Shown in pieces: positions 1 through 13,292 of a stretch of DNA of 64,000 nucleotides (position 1 is its first letter; every line of letters starts with the position of its first letter). The DNA comes from Octopus sinensis (Eukaryota). A program made the position numbers and the translations under genes. The notes beneath the pieces are model-generated. The model ran no database searches. It was not told the DNA's origin and saw nothing but the letters and a program-made list of their open reading frames with translations. The stretch spans positions 16,306,001-16,370,000 of the forward strand of contig NC_042997.1 in the NCBI RefSeq assembly GCF_006345805.1, given 5' to 3'.

Positions 1-123
1 TGGAGAGCAAGAAGAAAAGACTTTAATGTTCAAAGAACAGGATCTGTTGCATATGCTCAATCTGTTGTGTCCCCTTCACCCAGAAGAACCACCATCATTT
101 GACCACCATATTATTCTAACAAG
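1..123 (+). CDS. Candidate internal exon (5'-truncated by the window) of unidentified plus-strand gene A
   Basis: Frame from nt 2 is open (GEQEEKTLMFKEQDLLHMLNLLCPLHPEEPPSFDHHIILT) and ends AG|GTAG in phase 2. This matches the phase-2 acceptor at 13293. Confidence 0.45.
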
Positions 124-465
124 GTAGCAGGAGTACTTCTTTTGTGGTTGATCTAAACATTATTTATAACAATTCTGTTAAAGCTGTCCAAACAAGCACT
201 CTCTGTACAGTTTCGTTGGTGAAATTTAGTGTATTTTAATCGTAGGATTTTGAATGCAGTGTGATAGGTTTTATAACATTTCCCACTCTGAACACAATAG
301 TGCAATTCACCTTGATGTAAATAAGTACCATAGGGTGGTGGTACAATTCACTGCTGTAAATAATTATAACATTACACAATTCATGTACAATTTCATTCAT
401 TTACATTACTGTGTTTGTCATGGGTATAACTGCAAGAGAGAGAGAGAGATTGGTTCAATGAAAAT

Positions 466-696
466 AAGGCGGCGAGCTGGCAGAATCGTTAGCACGTCGG
501 GCGAAATGCTTAGCGGTATTTCGGCTGCCGTTACGTTGTGAGTTCAAATTCCGCCGAGGTCGACTGCCTTTCATCCTTTCGGGGTCGATAAATTAAGTAC
601 CAGTTGAGCACTGGGGTCGATATAATCGACTTAATACCTATGTCTGTCCATGTTTGTCCCCTCTATGTTTAGCCCCTTGTGGGTAATAATGAAATA
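466..696 (+). mobile_element. tRNA-derived SINE (family M, Meta-domain-like core) with LINE-type 3' tail
   Basis: A/B-box-like head GGCGGCGAGCTGGCAGAATCG...GAGTTCAAATTCC and core GCCTTTCATCCTTTCGGGGTCGATAAA. 14-bp TSD GGTTCAATGAAAAT at 452-465 and 697-710. Confidence 0.9.
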
Positions 697-1901
697 GGTT
701 CAATGAAAATGACTTATAAATCATATCAAAACAAAGTCCTTGGTGATATTCCAAATACCCAATATGAGATGGGAATTCCTAGCCATAAAGTATGAAATAA
801 ATACCATATTGTAGCAATAATTTTGGGTTTCTCCAATTGAATTTTTTACCAGAATTCCACATTGTAGTCATTATCATCATCATCGTCATAACATCCACTT
901 TTCCAAGCTTGCATAAATTACAGTTATGGCTATACTAAAATTATTTTTTTTTTTTGCAATTTTTGTTTTTAAGTATTTAACATAATGAATAATTCTTTTG
1001 AGACTCCTAAAATCTTGATAATGTGTATATGTGTGTGTTTGTGTTTGTGTAATTTGTAACTGCTTGTTTGATTTTTTTATTGCTGCATAACAATATTGTT
1101 CCAGTGGAGAAGATAGAAACAAAAAACAAAATGAAGAGCAGGTTCATTGAAGCTCATATCAGATTAAGAGTACTATGTTAGTGTTCTAGCCATGACCATC
1201 TCATCTTGTATTTAAACAATGCAGCCAGGACTACATTATTCATTTCAGTGTGTTCTTCTTTTAAGATGGTAGAGTGTAATGAGGAAAACCTGGCTGCTAT
1301 TTCTAGCAGTCTGATAGTCTACATAGAGGAGGCTCTCACACACTCTTTAGCCTTACCTGTCAGAGAATTATATTAATGTTTGTAATCAATTGCAACCACA
1401 GAATCATTAGAATTTCACAATTGTTTAGGATTTTCTGTAACTTCTAAACTTTAAGTTCTTTTCATAGTTATAATTAGTATATCTCTAGGTTAATTATGAG
1501 ATTTGTACTTGGAATTGTATCTTTTGTGTTTCCAAAAAAGACACATGATAGTCTCTAATGAGAAATAGTACATAATAAATGTTACTTGGAATAAACAGTA
1601 AAACACCAAGTGAAAATGAGTCGAGGGACCATTCCAATTTGTATAAAAGCAGATTGAGGTAAAAATTACTATTATTGCTTCTCTAGAAAAACATCCAGTC
1701 TGTTTAGGTTTGTCCTTTAGCCACTTTATTAAGTAAGTAATGAATTGACCCCTTTCTAGAGATTCTTTTTTTTAGGTTTGATAACTTTGGTATTACATCA
1801 TCAAAAAACTATTTCTTTCTTAATTCAAACAGAAATTAAAAAGTTTATATTTATTCTTGACTTTATAAGAGAAATATAATATTCTGTATTGTTACTTTTA
1901 A

Positions 1902-2123
1902 CCCTTTAGTGTTCGCATTATTCTGCCAAAATTAATGCTTTTTTTATCCACATTGTTTTGAACTAATCATGCATTATCTTGTAGCTATGAGATTTTAATG
2001 AGGTAGCTGTTAATTTCTAGAACGATATTGTAGGGTTGGTGTGAGAGACCAGATCTGGTCAGTTTGAACATAAAACAGGCAGAATACTTTTGGCCGGATA
2101 TGGCCGGTTTAAATGCTAAAGGG
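1902..2123. mobile_element. piggyBac-like MITE
   Basis: TTAA-CCCTTTAG...CTAAAGGG-TTAA termini. Same family as 12391-13162. Confidence 0.8.
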
Positions 2124-2218
2124 TTAAGGCAATGCTTACATTTTGTATTGTTTTTACTTTGAATCATATTTCCATTCATTATAAAGCAATTCGTTGTTAT
2201 TTTAAAATGAATATCTTA

Positions 2219-2435
2219 AGGCAGTGAGCTGGCAGAATCATTAGAGCATCAGAAAAATGCTTCATGTCATTTATTCCAACTCTGCATTCTGATTTCAAAT
2301 CCTGCCAAGATCAACTTTGCCTTTCATCCTTTTGAGGTCAATAAAATAAGTACCAGCAAAGTACTGAGATCAATGTAATCAACTAAACGTCTCCTTTCAA
2401 AATTGCTTCACCTTGTGTCTTATTAAGGAATCGTT
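2219..2435 (+). mobile_element. SINE family M, diverged
   Basis: GGCAGTGAGCTGGCAGAATC head and CTTTGCCTTTCATCCTTT core. Confidence 0.75.
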
Positions 2436-2632
2436 ATTTTAAAGTATGTTTTTTCCTGCTGGTATGTTTAGTTCATCATAACTGCAATAAAATGTCTTTC
2501 ATGTTGTATATCTTACGTCATATCTTCTGATTTCATTTACTTATTTTATATTAGACTTCTCTGGTTTACTATTGACTTGCAAAACTCCTGTCATCAACTC
2601 TTGACAGTTTATTTATTTATTTATCTATTTTA

Positions 2633-2789
2633 CACTCACGGGGTGGTTGGCATTAGGAAGGGCATCCAGCTGTAGAAACACTGCCAGATCAGACTGGAGC
2701 CTGGTGCAGCCTCCTGGCTTCTCAGACCCCGGTCGAACCGCCCAACCCATGCTAGCATGGAAAACGGATGTTAAATGATGATGATGATG
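2633..2789 (+). mobile_element. SINE/short retroelement family R (RTE-type tail ending in (GAT)n)
   Basis: AGGAAGGGCATCCAGCTGTAGAAA...CATGCTAGCATGGAAAACGG...(GAT)n. More than a dozen copies in the window. Confidence 0.85.
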
Positions 2790-3032
2790 ACAGCGTGTTC
2801 ATCCTTTCACAATCCATGTCTATCTTACATTGATCCATGAATTTAATACCTAGATACTTTCTAACTCATTTTTGCTTTATTTTTCTCCTAAATTGATATA
2901 TGTATCCGCCAATAGATCAGAATCCATTCGTTACCATAGAGTTACAGCCTTTCATCAGTTTTTTTTAGCCATGTTTTACTGCTATGCTTATTTCACCTCA
3001 AAGTCAACATTTCAAACAGGTAAAAAAACATA

Positions 3033-4338
3033 TCTCTCTATATATGAAATTCTTTGTCTATGTCTGTCTGCATGTTCCCTATGCATTCTCAAACGGGTCT
3101 ACCAAATCAAATTTTACAAGGTAATAGTATTAGATCCCGCGAGTGTCAACATGTAATTTTTATTTTCATTTGGATGAAAACAATATAACATTTTATCTAA
3201 AATAATCTTTCTGTAGTCAACTGTAGTAAAGGACATTTTATACCACCACCACCATGATGTCACATTTTGTATATGAGTATGTGTGTGTTTGCACATCCGA
3301 TGTGTATGAGATAGTAAAGGACATTTTATACCACCAGCACTACAACGCATTTTATATATGAGTGTGTGTGTTTGCGCATTCATTACGTACAAGATAGTAA
3401 AGGACATTTTATACCATGGTGACAACACATTTTGTATATGAGTGTGTTTGTGTTTGCATTACATAAATGTATGTCTGTGTGTGTCTGTCTTAGTATATGT
3501 ATGTGAGTGTATGTGTGATTCTCAATTATACTGATGTAAACTGGCTATGTGAAAGAGCCAGTTTAGTTGGAGCCAATAGGCTCCAATTAATGAAATGGTT
3601 GATAAATTCAATCATGAACTTCTTCAAAAGTTAACAGATTCATCAGAAATGACTTTTCCATCAATTCACACAACAGTCAGTCAAGATCAGGCTGTTCAAT
3701 ACCCTGTTGAATTTCTGCACACACTTAAACCCACTGGAATGCCAACGCATAACTTGACACTAAAGCTGGATGTTCCCATTATGTTGCTTAGGAATCTTGA
3801 CCCACCTTGCCTGTGTAATGGAACTTGCTTAATTGTTACGTCCATGAAGCCCCATGTCCTACAGGCAACAATCATAATAGGTAGTCACAAAGAAAAAAAT
3901 GTCTTTATTCCAAAATTTCCTCTCATACCTACTGATGTTCCATTTGAATTTAAGAGGCTTCAGTTTCCAGTCATACTAAATTTTGGTATTTCAATTAACA
4001 AATCTCAGGTTCAATCCCTCAAGGTAGTTGCACGTCATTTCTCTACTGCATGCTTCTCCCGTGGCTAACTCTATGTTCATTGCTCACAAGTTGGAAACAG
4101 CAACAATTTATTCATTTGGACACCAACAAAAAATTACACAATGAATGTTGTTTACCCTGAGGTGCTTCAAGATTGAAAGATTTTTCAGTTCTAAATTCTA
4201 TTATCATTACAATTTGGATATTTTTCAATAAAATATAGATATTTTGAAATATGAGAAAAAAATATACCTTCATATTTATTGTTTACTAATTTGAATATGA
4301 ACAGCTGTAACCTTAGCAATACTGGGTAATTCAGCTAG
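3033..4338 (+). mobile_element. Internally deleted Helitron carrying a PIF1 helicase C-terminal remnant
   Basis: Begins A|TC..TATAT and ends with a degenerate hairpin plus CTAG|T. Three internal AGTAAAGGACATTTTATACC repeats at 3225-3420. Confidence 0.8.
3595..4176 (+). pseudogene. Helitron RepHel PIF1-like helicase fragment
   Basis: Motifs YPVEFLHTL, IMLLRNLDPP.LCNGT, FKRLQFPV and SINKSQ.QSL. An in-frame TAA replaces Q of FS.GQLYV, and the frame then continues to NVVYPEVLQD*. Confidence 0.9.
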
Positions 4339-4431
4339 TTTAATATGAAACAAAAGCCTTCTATTACCAACCATCTACCTGAAAACCTAACCACTAGATT
4401 ACTATTAGACTCGCATCCCATGTGAGTTGTG

Positions 4432-4745
4432 GCATTCCATCGGTTGTGACAACGAGGGTTCCAGTTGATCTCATCAACAGAACAGCCTGCTTGCGAAATT
4501 GATGTCCAAGTGGCTGAGCACTCCACAGACACATGTAGCCTTCACATAGTTCTCAGGCAGATTCAGTGTGGCACAGAATGTGGCAAGGCTAGCCCTTTGA
4601 AATATAGGTACAACTCATTTTTGCCAGCTGAGTGGACTGGAGCAACGTGAAATAAAGTGTCTTGCTCAAGGACACAGCATGTCACTAGGAATTGAACTCA
4701 CAACCTTACAATCATGAGCTAAATACCCTCACTACTAAGCCATGC
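4432..4745 (-). mobile_element. tRNA-derived SINE related to family T
   Basis: Shares CAAGTGGCTGAGCACTCCACAGACAC with 12440-12828 and 60837-61222. Confidence 0.75.
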
Positions 4746-5889
4746 AATTTCCCCATTGTGATTTTATCACATTTATAATATGAACTTTTTCTTTTTAATA
4801 CTCCATATTTCCCTACCTGGTCCAAAGTTGCTTGTATTTTAAGCTATTCAATGGTATTTTCGTTTTCTGTATGTATCTATATGTTTGTTTGTTGTCTTGC
4901 CTAGATATTACATAACTATTATAAATAAGCATCATCCTCTTGCAAGTGATGTTGTTCATTTCCAGTCTTCCATAAACAACATCTATGAGGAAAATATTAC
5001 CTTATTTGGAAACAGGTTAGGGTCAGCAATGAGAAGGACATTTGGCTGTAGAAGATCTTCCTCAAATTCCATCTGACCCATGCTAGCATGGAAAAAGTGA
5101 ACATGATGGATGATGACGATGATAGTTTACCAGAGATGATACAGCAACCAAGTAGAGGCTCCCTCACTGGCTCATGGAGAGCCTCTTAAATTTATACTGA
5201 GGCTTTCCTTCATCATCATGCAGAACATCGGCCACCACTTTCTTCCACTGTAGTGAGTGAGGCTGGTCTATTTCTGATGTTAGCAGTCCAGGTTGTCGAC
5301 TATTTGCCTTGGCAGTGGTTAACTTCTACTCTTCCTTCAAGCACAGAGCATTCCAGTATGTCATCAGTTCTTGAGATGTGTCCAAAACTGTAAAGTTACC
5401 TTTGCATGGCAGTTTTCCAGAAGTATAGGTTTTCAATCTTTTATTTCTGAGAATATAATCAATCTGGTTCCTGATTTTACTGTCCAGAGCTGCTCATATA
5501 GTTGTGCACCAAGGGTGTTGATCAAACATTGTGTTCGTTATACAGAGGGATTTACTTGACAGACCTAACTTGTCAAAACTTTTGTCCATTTGGTCTTTTA
5601 GTGGTGACATTTAACAACAGTGGGCTTTAACTTAAGCTCACTTCTTTGCTATTAATATTTCTTTATCATATTTACACCCTCCTCTGCTCAAACTGTCTTC
5701 ATACTCACCAATCAGTATATAACTTATATTAAATCTATATAGTATTGCTTAGCCATGAAATAGGTCTTCTGAGAATAACATCGACATATGAAAAAATGTG
5801 AGTCAGCAGCACCAGTATCATTGAATATATGTAGATGTGTAACACAAAATAATTTAAATTCTCTTTTCATCTTTTTTCTTCTTTACCAA

Positions 5890-7550
5890 ATATGCTATAT
5901 TATTAGGGAGAAGTATGTATGAAAGAGTAATAGTGCATGTGTTCACATTGGCACCAAAAAGAAAGAAGCATAGAATTGATACTACAAGAGAATAGGAATG
6001 CTTAGAAGAGAGCAATAGTGACTACCTCAAGCAGATCCAACAGAGGCCCAGCTACTGAAATTGAAAACTGTATGGTCAAAAGTGCATTTAAACATATGAA
6101 GGCAGGGAAGGTAGTTGGATCATCAGATGTAGCCTCTGGGATACTGAAAATATCTAGGGAGGTAGGCCACATGTTAGTCTCAGGAAGTGTCATATCCAAT
6201 GACTGACGTAGTAGTGTCATCATCCGCTGTGACAAGAATAAAGACATACATGAGAGAGAGGAAACTACTGAGGCATCAAATTAATGAACCAGATTATGAA
6301 TGTTATTGAAAGAGTCATAACAATTGATTAGGGGGGAAATAAGCAAAGAGGAGATGCAGTTCTGTTGTGAGACAATTGCTGGAGAATTACTTAGCTACGG
6401 ATAAACCACTCCTCTAGCATTTATCAAATTTAGAAGGCCTTTGATGAGGTTCTATGTACTCTAGTGATCACAAAGAAAGCGAAAGCATTCCTTGTGACTG
6501 CACCTTTGTACATGTGTGAGCCATGTACAGAGATGCATTCAGCAAGGCGAGAGTTAGCAGTGAGTCCTGCAGGGAATTCAGCACGCAGGGCTCCTTTTTA
6601 TTAAAGACCTTTGAGCTGTAATGAAGGAGTTTAAGACCAGTTGTCTGTGGGAGTTCCTGTATGCTGATGGCTTAAGTTCTTATAACTGAATCTGTAAAAG
6701 ATTTAGAGAAGAAATTCTGAACATGGAAGCAAATTCTAGAATTGAGAACCCTCAAACTAGGTTTAATAAGAACTAAAGCTTCAGTAATTAGAAAAGGCAA
6801 ACAGGACCCTACAGCCTTCAGGGAAATGGTTATGCCCAATATATAGAAACGGAATAAATAGAAATCCGTACGCTGTACTGTAAACTCACGAGGTATAGTG
6901 CAGGCTGACATTGAAAGTAGGCTTCATATGTGGTGAGTGCATTAGAAGCAGTCAGTTGTAAGAGTATGCAAGAAATAGATTCCTGAAAACTCTCCACAAG
7001 TACTTGATACTTTTGATTACCTTTATAACTTAATTAGCAGGGGAGATGTGTCTTCCAAAAAGCATAGTAACCAGAAAGAACAGGATTGAAAAAGTTCAGA
7101 GGCCAGTTGACCTCTTGCAAACAAAGAGGTTCTCTCTCAGAGGGAAAAGCAGATGATATGATGTGTGATGCCACAAGGTAGCAAGATGTAGTCTCAGATG
7201 CTGGAAAGAGTGCTAATATGTTCCTCTTGGGTGTGTAATATTAATTTTGTATGAATAATATAGCACAAATGAGCTGAGAGAAAAGCTAGATAGAAGAGGA
7301 ACCAGATGAAATGTAATGTGCAAGAGAGAAAACTGTAATGCTCATGTATTAAGCATTGCCAAGCACTTGAAGAGAACTGGAAGCTGTGTAAGAGGGAGCC
7401 CTAGGAAAACATGAGAAGAAGTAGTGAAGATTGATCTCAAGAGGCTGAACCTCATCAAGGACAAAAAAACCTGTGATGAGTGACAACGTGCCATGCTAGA
7501 GAAGACCAACCTACCCATGCAAGCATTAGGAAAACAGACATAAAAATGAT
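5890..7550 (+). mobile_element. Decayed RTE-clade LINE (reverse transcriptase region to 3' end)
   Basis: Fragments MKAGKVVG, GNY*GIKLMNQIM and WEFLYADG (YADD-like), with many stops and frameshifts. The 3' end resembles the family R tail. Confidence 0.75.
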
Positions 7551-7610
7551 AGAGGTTTGAAATTATAACATCTACATTTAGATCTCCCAGCCATCATATG
7601 TTCATCTTAA

Positions 7611-7828
7611 CCCATTTGTTACAAAATTTCTGTTGAAATACATTGCTTTTATTTTGATTAATATGGGAAAAAATGAATTTTAGTAAAATATCTTTGGCAC
7701 AACATTAAGCTATCATCTGGAATTTAACATGAAATTTTGATGGAAAGTTTTAGCTGAAATCACTTTAAAACAGACGTTTGTATCATAGGATCAAGGACAG
7801 TTTCAGACAGATTTAGCTCTTAAAAGGG
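7611..7828. mobile_element. piggyBac-like MITE, diverged
   Basis: TTAA-CCC...GGG-TTAA. Interior similar to 16265-16485. Confidence 0.65.
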
Positions 7829-8759
7829 TTAAGTCTCTGCCTCCTGCCTGCCTCCTCTCTTCATTAACCTCTCATCTGTTACTTACTTTCCTATCACTGT
7901 GCACTTCTTATATAAGGAGAAGTGGCATTGTAATCTTATCTTTATTCGACTACTCCTTATCATCACTCTCTTAACAGTCTAACACTTTCCCATCACATTA
8001 GATCTCCTAATATTCAATCATTTTTCTTTATCACTAACCATTTTCACTTTCCTTTCTCCTTCTTTTCTTTGTCAATGATTATTGATGTCCATCACTACCG
8101 CTCTTTCTACATTAACTTTGGAAAGTCCTTGACTGGATGCATTAAACAAATATTAAACCCAATAGTCAAAAGATGAATCCCTTACATGGTCATTCAACCT
8201 GCTAGAAACAGCAGCTAAATCTTCCTCTATTCTTTCTAAAATATCAAACTTTACCATCTTAAAAGGCCTCTTGATTAATGTAGTCTTATATACATTATGT
8301 CTTATAAAATAAAATTTAAAAAGTGAGTGGATGGTCACAGAAGGAATGTCTTTGATTATACATCTCTTCTGTGGAGAGTTACTGAGTACTAAATAATAAC
8401 AACGAATAGTTTCGTTGCCAGCTGACGGTTTATGCTTATAACACTAAAATAACTGTACAGTAAGGCCATATTTCAATCAAAAATATACTTTCATTTTATG
8501 TTCTGTTATTGGGTGTCATGTGTGTGTGTGGAGAGAGATAGACTTGTCTAATCAATCAAAAACCTGATGGATAAAAGTTGTGCTTACATAGCTATGTAAT
8601 TCTGAATAATGTCCAGATAAACTGTTTAACAATTACATAATGTATTAAGTAGTCCTTTTGCTACACTTGTACGTACACACTCTCATATGAAATATATTAG
8701 CTATGGATATTTGTGTGTGTGTGTATAGTAGAATCACAGGGAAGTTAACTGAAAGTAGA

Positions 8760-9750
8760 CTTTTTATGTGGCAGATATGCAGGAACAATAAACACTAAGA
8801 ACTGTCAGGAAATAGAAATACATTCTCTTCAATGCCTAGGAGGCTCCCTAAAGGCAATTAATAGTTTCTGTTACCTAGGTAACTTAATTAGCAGTGGAGG
8901 AGGATGTTCCAAAAATATAGTTGCTAGAATAAAAATAGGATGGAGAAAGTTCAGGGAGTTATTACTTCTGTTGGTAACAAAAGGTCTCTTCCTCAGAGTG
9001 AAAGATAGGTTGTACAGTGCTTGTGGATAAACAGCAATACTGCATAGTAATGAGATGCAGAGGACATGTAAAGACTAGAAACGAAGTTAGTATGTTCCAG
9101 TGGATGTACAACATAAGTGTGCATGTAAGACAAAGTGCTAATATATTGAGAAAAATTAGGCATTAGGGGAATCAGATATGTACAAGACAAGATTGTGCTG
9201 GTATGATCATGTGATGTGTATGGCTAACAACATCATCATCATCATCATTTAACGTCCGTTTTCCACGCTAGCACGGGTTGGACGGTTCGACCGGGGTCTG
9301 GGAAGCCAGGGGCTACACCAGGCTCCAGTCTGATCTGGCAGAGTTTCTACAGCTGGATGCCCTTCCTAATGCCAACCACTCTGCGAGTGTAGTGGGTGCT
9401 TTTTACATACCACCTGCACAGGTGCCAGGGGGGTCCGGCATCGGCCACGATCGGTTGGAGCTTTTAACGTGCCACTGGCACGGAAGCCAGCCAAGGCGGC
9501 GCTGGCCACATTCGGATGGTGCTTTTTATGTGCCACCGGCACAGAAGCCAGTCGGGGCGGCGCTGGCATCAGCCACATTCAAAGAAGTGTTGATCGCTTA
9601 AAGTATATGGAACTTATGGAAAAGGGAGATTCAGCAAGACATGGGACACAGTAATGAAGGGCTGATCTTAAGGTGTTAATGCTTGCAGTGAAGATAACAA
9701 AGGATGAGATGACTGGTGTTTTGTTGTGCTCAATATGAACTGTCATGATA
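8760..9750 (+). mobile_element. RTE LINE C-terminal fragment interrupted by a family R element at 9231-9575 (minus strand)
   Basis: Translates SFCYLGNLISSGGGCSKNIVARIKIGWRKFRELL. A related piece lies at 40553-40640. Confidence 0.75.
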
Positions 9751-10694
9751 AAAGTGAGGTCCTAAGAGCATTGTTTTTGTCTATACATTTACTGGGCCCT
9801 GCCCCTGTCAAGTTAACACTGTTTCTCATCTTCTTAATACCCATCACTTCTAATTATGGCATCATTCTGTTGCTGTAATCATATAACAGCAGAATCTACA
9901 CACTTCTACTTGTTGCCTCTGCCACTCCTTGGAACCACTTCCTTCAGCATCCTCCCTCCGTTTCGATATCATCCCTTCTCTGTTTTCCACTGATTACTCC
10001 CAGATGTATTTCCCTCTCTTCTAAGTTACATTTTGGTACTGCTATACCTCATTTTTAACACCCTCTCATATCTGCTATCTTTCTCGACATTTTCTCATAT
10101 CTACCATTGATATTCCCCTTCACCTTTGCCCTCCTCCTCCCCCCCACACACAAACTAACTATAGTGTACCTAACTATGTGTACCTTTAACCACCATTTCT
10201 CTCTCTCTCACTCTCCACCTTCCAACACTGCACATCATCTCCCTATTTCCTTGTCTCTCTACAAGTTTATTATATTGCTGCTCTCCATCCTTCTTCTGCT
10301 GCCACTTATCACTTCCTTATTTCTTTTACCTTCTTCCTCATACTGGTATTTACCAGTGACCATACCGCCACCCTTGCACATCATTCACATTAACCTCTAA
10401 CTCCAACTCTAACCACCTGTCATTCTCACACTTCTTTGAACTTATCCACCCACTCCTCCCAATCTTAGGCCCATATGCTCTCTCATTCCCACCATCTTGT
10501 ATCTTGAGAGTATGCTCTGTCACCTTGTCAACATCCTTATTTTATTTCCAATTACTCCCACCTGCTCCTATGTAATGTGAGGTAACCATGTATTCTGTAG
10601 CAAAACACTTGTACCCTTCTATTATACTTCAGTCTCTCAACACCTGGCATAAAACCACTTCCCCCTCTCCGATGGAAAACTTCTTTTTTTTTTT

Positions 10695-11286
10695 CTTGTC
10701 TTGCATGTTACTTGGCAACTTCACTTGTGTTAATGTCACAAAGAAACACTCAGTCCACTCTGTGGTTAACATTAGGAGAAGCATCCAGCTGTATACACAT
10801 CCCCAGCTCTTTGGATCTTGTGAAACTATCCAGTCATTGCCAGCATGGAAGATGGACATTAAATAATGATGATGATGATATATGTTTGTGTGTGTGTATG
10901 TATGCATGTACGTATATATGTGTCTGTATATGTGTGTGTGTGTATGTATATATATATAGAGGGAGAGTGGCTAACTGGCTTCCATACCAGTGGAACGTAA
11001 AAGGCACCATTCTAGTGTGATCGTTACCAGCGTCGCCTTACTGGCACATGAAAAAACATTCAAGCGAGGTCGTTGCCAGTACCGCTTGACTGGCCCCCGT
11101 GCCAGTGGCATGTAAAAGCACCCACTACACTCTCGGAGTGGCTGGTGTTAGGAAGGGCATCCAGCTGTAGAAACTCTGCCAGATTGAGATTGGAACCTGG
11201 TGCAGCCATCTGGTTCGCCAGTCCCAGTCAAATCGTCCAACCCATGCTAGCATGGAAAGCGGTCGTTAAACAATGATGATGATGAT
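10695..11286 (+). mobile_element. Two family R elements separated by a (TG/TA) microsatellite
   Basis: Two GCATCCAGCTGTA...(GAT)n units. Confidence 0.8.
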
Positions 11287-12423
11287 ATACATACATACAT
11301 ATACACACACTCCATAATGCCCCTGTCAGTGTAAAGCAGCTGCTATTGACACTATAAATAAGTTGTCAGAAATTCAACATGTTCATGTATATATTATCTC
11401 TGTGTGAGTGAATGTATGCACACACACACATACACAATGCCATAATCAATATAACAATATATATGTAGTTGTTTTGCTCTTGAATATTTCTGTTGAACGT
11501 TACTTTAGCTTGAAGGTCACCATAATTCAAACACTGCTACTTGTTCAGCTCCGGGTCAAATGCCATTGAGCTGACATATCGACCCAAATGGTTCCAGATG
11601 TCTAGAACCATATCATCCAATATGGCCCTAGACCTTTCTTCGAGGCAGTTGAATATGAATTGAGGATAAGCTTGCTGTTGTTTCTAGCTACTATGTAGTG
11701 ATCATCTTATTCTTTAATTCTGCTGCCACTTTTTCATTTTACGCTGAAGCCAATGAAAATATGTGACTATCAAATTGATAAATTATCCTAACAAAAAAAC
11801 GCAAAATCTCAAACCAGTTCAAATATGTTTGGGATATATTTGGCCTGTGAAAAGACTGTAGTTTGCCATGTAGAAAATTCCTGCTTTAGCCAACAGTGAT
11901 AAAACGCCAACAGTTATTTCAGAGCACCCCTTGTGGATTGATAAATGCATTTCAAGCTCCTTTGCTATAATCAAGGATGACAACTCTTAAATAACTATAA
12001 AAAAAAAAACAGTAGCAAATATCTACTGACTACAAATGAATGGCTGACAGACTCATTGACGATAGCTTAAGACCTTAAAATACATTTATCAGTCACTCAA
12101 GAGAGGCTCTGAAATGACTGGTCGTGTTTTATCACTTGTTGCCTGAAGTAAGAATTTTCCCTGCAGCAAGCCACAGTAAAAATTGTCGTTACTAGTCAAA
12201 TATGTCCCAGACATAACTTGAACTGATCCAAAAGTTTCTCTAAACCTATTATCACACCATGCTTAGCTAAGTATCCTAATTATATTTGCTCCACTACCAC
12301 CACCTTTTTTTTTCATTCCTATTGTAATTTAAATATTATATAAACCCACTGAAAGTTATCTGTTGTCAGATCAGGGATAAATTATGTTAATCCTTTAGCA
12401 TTCAGATTATTCTGTCAAATGTA

Positions 12424-13031
12424 CAGTAATCCCTCGCCAAGTGGAGGCGCAATGGCCCAGTGGTTAGGGCAGCGGACTCACAGTTGTAGGATCGCGGTTT
12501 CGATTCCCAGACCGGGCGTTGTGAGTGTTTATTGAGCGAAAACACCTAAAAGCTCCATGAGGCTCCGGCAGGGGATGGTGGTGATCCCTGCTGTACTCTT
12601 TCACCACAACTTTCTCTCACTCTTACTTCCTGTTTCTGTTGTACCTGTATTTCAAAGGACCAGCCTTGTCACTCTCTGTGTCACGCTGAATATCCCCGAG
12701 AACTATGTTAAGGGTACACGTGTCTGTGGAGTGCTCAGCCACTTACACGTTAATTTCACGAGCAGGCTGTTCCGTTGATCGGATCAACCGGAACCCTCGT
12801 CGTTGTAACCGACGGAGTGCTTCCATCCAATCCCTCGCCATATCGTGGTTTATTATTTAAGCTTATGTCAATTCTTCTGTGGTGGTGTTTTTACATTTAT
12901 AATAAAATAAATATATAAAAATCATTTAAAAAAATATATGCAGTGCAGTACAGTACTGTATCTACTTCACAAATTTTCACTTATCGCAGGGGGTTTGGAA
13001 CATAACATCCACAATAGTCGAGGGATTACTG
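12424..13031. mobile_element. Tc1/pogo-like MITE with TA TSD
   Basis: TA-CAGTAATCCCTCG ... CGAGGGATTACTG-TA. Confidence 0.85.
12440..12828 (+). mobile_element. tRNA-derived SINE family T, full length
   Basis: GTGGAGGCGCAATGGCCCAGTGGTTAGG head and GGTTTCGATTCC B-box-like motif. 12-bp TSD AATCCCTCGCCA at 12428-12439 and 12829-12840. Confidence 0.9.
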
Positions 13032-13292
13032 TAAAGCTTATTTATTCACTTTGTTTTGAATTAATCATGCACATTGTAAGGCAGGTGTGAGAAGTTAGAT
13101 CTGGCTAATTTGAATGTAAAACAGGTAGAACATTTTGGCTGGATATGGCCAATGCTAAAGGGTTTAAGTCATGAAGGAATCTGCAGGGGAGACAATCTGA
13201 AGTGAATATCAATTTCTGAGAATTTTGTTTTTGATCCCGGTTGGGTATGCTTGCAGTTACCTACTTTATATATATATATATATATATTGTAG

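Larger units (their letters stand above)
12391..13162. mobile_element. piggyBac-like MITE (outer element of a triple nest)
   Basis: TTAA-TCCTTTAGC...GCTAAAGGG-TTTAA. The two halves are colinear with 1902-2123. Confidence 0.75.

Noticed and set aside
3595-4068. Host PIF1 helicase gene
   Set aside because: C-terminal fragment only, with an in-frame stop, enclosed by Helitron termini.
12441-12512. tRNA genes at SINE heads (also 468, 37176, 51579)
   Set aside because: They continue into SINE bodies, most with clear TSDs, and lack a complete cloverleaf.
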